Origin: Kangiellaceae bacterium
GTDB lineage: Bacteria > Pseudomonadota > Gammaproteobacteria > Enterobacterales > Kangiellaceae
DNA length: 64,000 bases
Assembly (NCBI GenBank): GCA_965230335.1
Contig: CBDDKS010000006.1
Span: 1,569,321 to 1,633,320, forward strand
Direction: 5' to 3'
Shown here in pieces: positions 56,386-64,000 of the stretch. Made by a program: the position numbers and the translations under genes. How positions within the stretch are numbered: position 1 is the stretch's first letter; each line of letters starts with the position of its first letter. Below the pieces are notes generated by a model. The model saw only the letters and a list, made by a program, of their open reading frames with translations, did not search any database and was not told the origin of the DNA.

Positions 56386-57573
56386 ATGAAAATACTAACA
56401 TCCTGTTTTTATACAATTTTTCTTGGTTTAGGTTTGTCGTGTCTAGTGTATGCGGCACCTAATGCAAATTCAAATAATCCTAATCATAAGGTGATCACCG
56501 ATCCAAAAACAAATCCAAAAGAGATTGGTTTGGTGCATTGGCATCGTTCTGTAGAAGATGGGTTGGCATTATCTAAAGAGCAGGATAAACCGGTATTTTT
56601 ATTATTTCAGGAAGTACCAGGATGCCAGGGCTGTCAGGATTTTGGCCATGGTCCACTGAACCATCCCTTAGTTGTTGAAGCGATAGAAGAATTATTCGTA
56701 CCCGTATTTATTTATAATAATAAAAAAGGTTATGACAGTGATGTGCTGAAGCAGTTTAATGAACCTTCATGGAATTATCCAGTCATTCGTTTTATTGATC
56801 ATGATGCTAAAGATATTATTAAAAAACAAAAATCAAGAACCTATACCAGTACACATTATTTAGTATCACGTATGATAGCTGCATTAGAATCAGCTAATAA
56901 ACCAGTCCCTGAATATCTTAAATTATTGGAAATAGAACAAAATGAAAAACGCCATAAAGAAGCAACATTTCAGATGGCTTGTTACTGGACAGGAGAATCT
57001 GTATTTGGCGGTTTGGATGGCGTTGTCAGCACAGTGTCAAGAATTGCTTACAAGCCTAAATTTTTAGAAGTGGTTGATGTGACTTATATACCAGAAGAAA
57101 TCAGTTATGAAACTTTGGTAAAACAGGCTATGAAGCAAAAGTGTGCTGATAAAATTTATGTGCATAATGATAAGCAGAAAAAAATAGCCACAGGATTATA
57201 TCCAGAAAATACTTTGGATATTTCTGTCGTGAGTCATGCTAAAGAAGCTAAAAAGACAGAACAGAAATATTATTTAAATTTACAAAAAAATCTATCGCTA
57301 CTTCCACTAACGACGACACAGGCAACCCGATTAAACAGTCTGGTTTCAAAATTAAAAAAGAATCATAAAAAAGAAAATAAAGAAATTTTTGATACTATTG
57401 CAAATTTATTGAGTAAACGCCAAATAGAATTGCTGAAAGAAATTGCGCAAGAAATAAAGTCAGGAAATACTAAACTTGCAACTGTAAAATTATTAAGACA
57501 AAAAGAAACATCTGGTGCATCATTAAATGATTATACAAAAACATTATATACGGCGTTAAAAAAAGAGAGTTAA
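56386..57573 (+). CDS. Secreted fusion of a thioredoxin-like domain (CQGC) and an MsrA-like domain.
   Basis: Signal peptide. Thioredoxin-fold-like region with VPGCQGCQ. Downstream ATFQMACYWTGESVFGGLDGVVSTVSRIAY parallels the MsrA active-site block (GCFWG.E..F..L.GV..T.VGY), with ACYW in place of GCFW. Confidence 0.45.
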   Translation: MKILTSCFYTIFLGLGLSCLVYAAPNANSNNPNHKVITDPKTNPKEIGLVHWHRSVEDGLALSKEQDKPVFLLFQEVPGCQGCQDFGHGPLNHPLVVEAIEELFVPVFIYNNKKGYDSDVLKQFNEPSWNYPVIRFIDHDAKDIIKKQKSRTYTSTHYLVSRMIAALESANKPVPEYLKLLEIEQNEKRHKEATFQMACYWTGESVFGGLDGVVSTVSRIAYKPKFLEVVDVTYIPEEISYETLVKQAMKQKCADKIYVHNDKQKKIATGLYPENTLDISVVSHAKEAKKTEQKYYLNLQKNLSLLPLTTTQATRLNSLVSKLKKNHKKENKEIFDTIANLLSKRQIELLKEIAQEIKSGNTKLATVKLLRQKETSGASLNDYTKTLYTALKKES

Positions 57574-57617
57574 ATAATGTGAGCTTTTCTTATCCAGAAA
57601 TCAGGTTAAGTAGGCAA

Positions 57618-57650
57618 TAAAAAAACCACCTTATGGTGGTTTTTTTATTT
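57618..57650. terminator. Bidirectional rho-independent terminator between the thioredoxin/MsrA-like gene and fadA.
   Basis: AAAAAACCACC-TTAT-GGTGGTTTTTTTATTTTT. Confidence 0.65.
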
Positions 57651-57664
57651 TTGAGTTGATAACG

Positions 57665-58840
<1,176 letters not shown>

Positions 58841-61015
58841 TTATTTTGCAGATTGAACAGAGTAGAAACTAGTGTTTTCTTCTACCATGGTTTGTAAACG
58901 TTTGGGGGGCTCATATGCTGCACCGAGCGATTGATATTTTTGAGCAGATTGACAGAGTGTATCCAAACCCAGATCATCAGCATACTTTAAAGCGCCGCCT
59001 CTAAAAGGTGGAAATCCTAATCCATAAACCAGACCCATATCGGCTTCTGCTGGTGACGCGATGATATTTTCATCCAAACAATGAATTACCTCAAAAATCA
59101 TAGGCAACATTAAGCGTTCGATAATCGTCTCTTTATCAAAAGTATCTTTTGTTGCGCCGATAATATCAAAGACACTATCGTCATTTTGTTTTTGGATTTT
59201 ACCTTTGCGATCTTTAACGTACTGATAAAACCCTTGTTTATTTTTTTGACCAAAGCGTTGTTCATTGGCTAATTGGGTAATGGGATCATTATCCAGTTGA
59301 GTCATGCGTTCAGGAAAACCTTCCTGCATCACATGAGTACAGTGTGTTGCTGTATCGATACCGACAACATCCAATAAATGAGCGGGGCCCATTGGCCAGC
59401 CAAAGTCAGTCATTACTTTGTCAATGGTTCTAAAATCAGCACCTTCCTGTAGTAGTTGGCTAAAACCACGGAAATAAGGAAAGAGTACACGATTGACAAA
59501 AAATCCTGGACAGTCATTCACAACAATAGGAGACTTTCCTATTGCTGCTGCGTAATGCACAACGGTTGCAATCGTTGCTTCAGATGTTTTTTCTCCACGA
59601 ATGATTTCAACCAGTGGCATTTTATGAACCGGGTTAAAAAAGTGCATCCCACAAAATTGCTGTGGACGCTTTAAATTTTTTGCCAGTAAATCAATAGAAA
59701 TGGTAGAAGTATTGGAAGTTAAAATGGCATCATCAGCAATAACAGATTCTACTTCCTGAAGAACTGCATCTTTTATTTTAGGATTTTCAACAATGGCTTC
59801 GACCACTAAATCAACATCATTAAATGCATCATAGCCCAATGTAGGACGAATATTATTTAAAGTTTTGGCCATTTTTGCTGTCGAGGTTTTTCCCAGTTGG
59901 ATGCCTTTTTGTAAAATATTCGTTGCTTCTGTTAAGCCAAGTTGTAAAGCATCTTCATTAATATCCTTCATAATGATGGGAATACCCTTGATGGCAGACT
60001 GGTAGGCAATGCCACCACCCATAATGCCTGCACCTAAAACACCACTGAGGTGAATTTGCTTGTTCGACATTTTGCCCGATTGTTTGGCTTTTTTCTTTAT
60101 CAGTTGGTCATTTAAAAATATCTGAACGAGTGAACTGGCTTGTGGCGATTGAGCAACATTGACAAAGGCTTCATGTTCAATTTTTAATGCGGCATCTCTG
60201 GAAAGTTGAGCACTTTCTTCAATGGTACGAATGGCTTCTAAAGGTGCCGGATAATGAGGTCCGGCTTTGGCACCCACCATGGCTTTTGCTGTATTGAAAG
60301 CCATGGCAGATTCGAGTTGATTTAATTTTAAAGGTGCTTGTTTTTCTGCACGTTTGTTTTTCCAGTCAAGTTTGTTGGATGCTGCATCAACAGCCATTTG
60401 AATGGCTGCAGTGGCGAGTGTATCCTGCTCAACAATGGCATCGATGGCACCTACTTTTAATGCCGCTTCGGTTTTTTGTGGTTTGGCAGTCGCAATCCAT
60501 TCAATGGCATTATCTGTACCTATTAAACGGGGTAGTCGTGTTGTGCCGCCAAAACCTGGAATCAAGCCCAGTTTGGTTTCGGGTAATCCAACAGAGGCAT
60601 CGGTTGAGCATAAACGGTAATCACAGGATAAAACCATTTCCATGCCGCCACCCAAACAAAAACCTTGTATAGCTGCAATGGTTGGGAAGGGGAGATCTTC
60701 AAAACCATTAAAAATGGCATTAGCTTGAGTTATCCAGGACAACAATTCATTGCGTGGCAAAGCAAATAATCCCAAGAACTCCGTAATATCAGCTCCAACA
60801 ATAAAAGCATTCTTACTACTGGTGACGATAGCAGCATCGATGTCATTCTTTCCATTGAGTACCTGAATGGTTTCCTGCAATTCTTTTAAGGTGATGGCAT
60901 CAAATTTATTAATAGATTCGTTTTGATTGTTAAAACAAACATTGGCGATATTCAGGTTCTTGGTGGATTGATCGTTTAATAACGAACATTGAATAGCTTG
61001 ACCTTCGTAAATCAT
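58841..61015 (-). CDS. fadB: Fatty-acid oxidation complex alpha subunit (enoyl-CoA hydratase / 3-hydroxyacyl-CoA dehydrogenase).
   Basis: N-terminal crotonase domain (NAFIVGADITEFLGLF). Central NAD-binding GAGIMGGGIA. The 724-aa protein is collinear with E. coli FadB. Confidence 0.9.
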   Translation of the reverse strand: MIYEGQAIQCSLLNDQSTKNLNIANVCFNNQNESINKFDAITLKELQETIQVLNGKNDIDAAIVTSSKNAFIVGADITEFLGLFALPRNELLSWITQANAIFNGFEDLPFPTIAAIQGFCLGGGMEMVLSCDYRLCSTDASVGLPETKLGLIPGFGGTTRLPRLIGTDNAIEWIATAKPQKTEAALKVGAIDAIVEQDTLATAAIQMAVDAASNKLDWKNKRAEKQAPLKLNQLESAMAFNTAKAMVGAKAGPHYPAPLEAIRTIEESAQLSRDAALKIEHEAFVNVAQSPQASSLVQIFLNDQLIKKKAKQSGKMSNKQIHLSGVLGAGIMGGGIAYQSAIKGIPIIMKDINEDALQLGLTEATNILQKGIQLGKTSTAKMAKTLNNIRPTLGYDAFNDVDLVVEAIVENPKIKDAVLQEVESVIADDAILTSNTSTISIDLLAKNLKRPQQFCGMHFFNPVHKMPLVEIIRGEKTSEATIATVVHYAAAIGKSPIVVNDCPGFFVNRVLFPYFRGFSQLLQEGADFRTIDKVMTDFGWPMGPAHLLDVVGIDTATHCTHVMQEGFPERMTQLDNDPITQLANEQRFGQKNKQGFYQYVKDRKGKIQKQNDDSVFDIIGATKDTFDKETIIERLMLPMIFEVIHCLDENIIASPAEADMGLVYGLGFPPFRGGALKYADDLGLDTLCQSAQKYQSLGAAYEPPKRLQTMVEENTSFYSVQSAK

Positions 61016-61199
61016 AATTTAATCTCTATTTGTGATTGTCTGGAATACACTAAAAATAACATAAGATGGTCTCTTGTCATCTTAGCATAGTGGTTAGAGT
61101 CTGTTTATCTTTTATAGTTTAAAAAGGCATGGGTATCGCTGTCATGTATCCTCAACCCATTTGAGGTTATAATAAGTATCAATAAGTCTTTATTTTGAG

Positions 61200-62747
61200 T
61201 TGTATGACATGACGAAGTTGCTATCCAAGCCCATGATGCTGATTATTCTTGATGGATGGGGGTATCGTGAAGAGATCTCGAACAATGCGATTGCAGCAGC
61301 TAATAAACCTAATTGGGATAAACTATGGCAGACGTGTCCCAGAACGTTGATATCTGGTTCGGGGCTGGATGTTGGGTTGCCCAGTGGACAAATGGGCAAC
61401 TCTGAAGTTGGACATCTGAATTTAGGATCAGGTCGGGTAGTTTATCAGGATTACACTCGTATCAGCCAATCACTGGAGCAGGGAGATTTTTATAACAATA
61501 CGGTTTTTATAGAGGCATTAAAAAGTGCTCAAGCAAACAATTCAAAGGTTCATATTATGGGATTACTGTCTCCAGGTGGCGTGCACAGTCATGAGGATCA
61601 TTTCTTTGCCATGCTCGAACTGGCTTTAAAACAGAATATTGCCAATATTGCCTGCCATGCTTTTTTAGATGGCCGTGATATGCCACCTCAAAGTGCGCGT
61701 CCTTCTTTAGAAAAACTACATCAATTATGTTCAAAGTCTGAATCAGCTCACTTGGCATCCATAAGTGGGCGTTACTATGCTATGGATAGAGATCAACGAT
61801 GGGATAGAATTGCATCAGTTTATAATATGTTGACTATAGGTGAAGCAGATTATCATTATGATGATGCCTTGATGGCATTAGAGGCCGCCTACGAGAGAGA
61901 AGAAACAGATGAGTTTGTTAAACCAACATTAATTGGCCATCAACATCGTATCCAGGATGATGATGTGGTAATTTTTATGAATTACCGTTCTGACAGGGCA
62001 AGGCAGTTATCTCGTGCTTTTATAGAGCCAGATTTTTCTGGATTTCAACGTCAACAAGTGCCTGCTTTATCACACTTTGTTTCTTTAACTCAGTATGCCG
62101 CAGATATCGCTTCAGAAGTGGCTTATCCACCCCTTGAGCATAAAAATGTATTGGGTGAATATTTGGCATCATTGAATTTGAAACAATTGAGAATGGCTGA
62201 AACAGAAAAGTATGCCCATGTGACTTTTTTCTTTAATGGCGGCAGAGAAACGCCGTTTAACGGTGAAGAACGGGAACTCATACCTTCGCCTGATGTTGCT
62301 ACCTATGACTTACAACCAGAAATGAATGCTTTTTTGGTAACAGATAAGTTGGTCGAAGCAATACAAGAGCAACAGTACGATGTGATCGTGGTGAATTTCG
62401 CAAACCCTGATATGGTAGGACACACGGGTAATTTTAATGCGGCAGTAAAAGCGATAGAAGCGGTTGATCTTTGTCTGGGTCGTATTATTGATGTATTAGA
62501 AGAAACAGGTGGCGAAGCCTTGATTACTGCCGATCATGGTAATGCAGAAAAAATGCAGGATCATGAGACAGGTCAAAAACATACAGCACATACTTCTGAA
62601 CCGGTTCCTTGTATTTATTTTGGTAGAAAAGCACAAACTATGATGAATGATGGTGTGTTAGCCGATATAGCACCAACATTATTACATATCATGGGGCTTG
62701 ATATTCCAGAAGAAATGACGGGCCGACCTTTATTTCAATTAATATGA
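61200..62747 (+). CDS. gpmI: 2,3-bisphosphoglycerate-independent phosphoglycerate mutase.
   Basis: [15 protein letters not shown] and catalytic region [15 protein letters not shown]-terminal ADHGNAE. The start may instead be the ATG at 61209. Confidence 0.9.
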   Translation: MYDMTKLLSKPMMLIILDGWGYREEISNNAIAAANKPNWDKLWQTCPRTLISGSGLDVGLPSGQMGNSEVGHLNLGSGRVVYQDYTRISQSLEQGDFYNNTVFIEALKSAQANNSKVHIMGLLSPGGVHSHEDHFFAMLELALKQNIANIACHAFLDGRDMPPQSARPSLEKLHQLCSKSESAHLASISGRYYAMDRDQRWDRIASVYNMLTIGEADYHYDDALMALEAAYEREETDEFVKPTLIGHQHRIQDDDVVIFMNYRSDRARQLSRAFIEPDFSGFQRQQVPALSHFVSLTQYAADIASEVAYPPLEHKNVLGEYLASLNLKQLRMAETEKYAHVTFFFNGGRETPFNGEERELIPSPDVATYDLQPEMNAFLVTDKLVEAIQEQQYDVIVVNFANPDMVGHTGNFNAAVKAIEAVDLCLGRIIDVLEETGGEALITADHGNAEKMQDHETGQKHTAHTSEPVPCIYFGRKAQTMMNDGVLADIAPTLLHIMGLDIPEEMTGRPLFQLI

Positions 62748-63904
62748 TAGCCAATAATAAATTCTATCCTCTTTTTTTTCTTTTTATTCTCTGTTGTTCT
62801 TTTTCGAATAGTGCCCTTTGTGAAAAAGAAAAAGAGACCCGTCAAAAACTGGAATTAGTTAAAAAGAAAATTCAAGAACTACAAGTTCATCTTAAAAAAG
62901 ACAGAACACAACTGAACAAAACAACAAAACGATTACGGGATACCGAAAAAAAAATAAGCCATGCATCAAAGGCAATCACAAAAACCAAAAACAATATTAA
63001 AAAAGATGAAAAACAATTAATTCAACTAAAGAAAGAAGAAAAGGAATTACAACAAACGATCCAGAAACAACAAAAATTTTTAGCCAAACAAATTAAAACA
63101 GCCTATACATTAGGTAAAAAAGAATACTTGAAATTATTATTGAATCAGCAAGATGCTCAAAGTGTCAGTCGAACATTGACCTATTATCGTTATTTTAATC
63201 AGGCCAGAAGTCAGCAAATCGATGATTTGAATACCATCATTAGTAATTTACAGAATGTCAAAGATAATATTACAAAGAAAATAGTATCTTTGAAAACATT
63301 AAAAGAAAAACAATCCAAAGAATATTCAAAATTATTATCTCTTAAAAAAGAGCGGAAACAGGTTTTAAAACAATTAGCTCAACGTATTGAAAAGAAAGAT
63401 AAAAAACTAATTAACTTACATGAAACAGAAGAAGATCTGGAATCATTATTACATCAAATGGCTGAAGCATTGGAAGAAATTGAAGCCATAGAAAACATTG
63501 AACAGTTGGCAGGTCTGAAATCATTACAAGGTAAAATGAAAGTGCCTGTTAATGGCCAGTGGATACAAAGATTTGGACAAAGATTAAAACAAGGCTTAAA
63601 AAGTAACGGTATTCGCATTAAAGCAAAAGAAGGACTTCCCGTAAAAGCCATTTATAATGGCCGTGTTGTTTTTTCTGATTGGTTGAAAGGATTTGGTCTA
63701 CTAACTATTATTGATCACGGTAAAGGTTATATGAGTCTTTATGCCAACAACCAATCATTGTATAAAAATGTAGGTGAAGTCGTGAGGTCGGGTGAATTAA
63801 TAGCAACTGTTGGCCAAAGTGGTGGACAGCGTTCATCAAGTCTTTATTTTGAAATTCGATATCAAGGAAAAGCATTAAACCCAAAGAAATGGTTAAATAA
63901 TTGA
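62744..63904 (+). CDS. envC: Murein hydrolase activator EnvC-like (coiled-coil plus LytM/M23 domain).
   Basis: Signal peptide. A 250-aa K/E/Q-rich coiled coil. C-terminal M23 domain ([48 protein letters not shown]). It lies immediately after gpmI with a 4-nt overlap, the usual gpmI-envC arrangement. Confidence 0.8.
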   Translation: MIANNKFYPLFFLFILCCSFSNSALCEKEKETRQKLELVKKKIQELQVHLKKDRTQLNKTTKRLRDTEKKISHASKAITKTKNNIKKDEKQLIQLKKEEKELQQTIQKQQKFLAKQIKTAYTLGKKEYLKLLLNQQDAQSVSRTLTYYRYFNQARSQQIDDLNTIISNLQNVKDNITKKIVSLKTLKEKQSKEYSKLLSLKKERKQVLKQLAQRIEKKDKKLINLHETEEDLESLLHQMAEALEEIEAIENIEQLAGLKSLQGKMKVPVNGQWIQRFGQRLKQGLKSNGIRIKAKEGLPVKAIYNGRVVFSDWLKGFGLLTIIDHGKGYMSLYANNQSLYKNVGEVVRSGELIATVGQSGGQRSSSLYFEIRYQGKALNPKKWLNN

Positions 63905-64000
63905 TCACTGGTTTTTTTTAAAATAATCCATTGTTATGACTATTCAGACTTTCTTTTCTAAAAGTCTGCTCCCTTTTGCGAGACTATTAAAATAAATCTG

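Overview
This is an AT-rich (roughly 35-38% GC by eye) gammaproteobacterial chromosomal segment. The gene content and order loosely suggest a Legionellales-like organism, but that is unverified. Most of the window is housekeeping backbone: sthA (5' partial), photolyase, comM/yifB, rep, tas-like aldo-keto reductase, argS, tyrA, a porin, an MCP, mepA, speA, an ABC-F ATPase, hpt, hslVU, rapA, fadBA, gpmI and envC. No rRNA, tRNA, CRISPR array, transposase or integrase was recognised. The feature of most interest is a roughly 14 kb co-directional minus-strand block at 20.8-34.7 kb. Its core is a five-gene tightly packed operon: a 1770-aa protein with a MoxR/AAA_5-like ATPase module near its C-terminus, a secreted PBP-like protein, a TelA-family protein, a lipoprotein that fuses a PBP-like domain to a vWA/MIDAS domain, and an XpaC-like membrane protein. 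Directly upstream sit a YqiJ/NfeD-like gene, a flotillin (SPFH) gene with a repetitive coiled-coil tail, a rhomboid protease and a DUF971 gene. The block is flanked by a divergent HTH-XRE/TPR regulator and by perfect palindromes. The MoxR-vWA pairing and the TelA-XpaC linkage are each established. Their combination with the 1280-aa N-terminal extension of the ATPase and the duplicated PBP-like modules looks like an undescribed membrane-associated stress or defence system. Secondary items are: an orphan 745-aa protein followed by small ORFs with repeated junction motifs (cassette-like); a bacterial Thg1-like 3'-5' nucleotidyltransferase; a secreted thioredoxin-like/MsrA-like fusion; a rep gene that appears to start with ATC; and several unusually long perfect hairpins.
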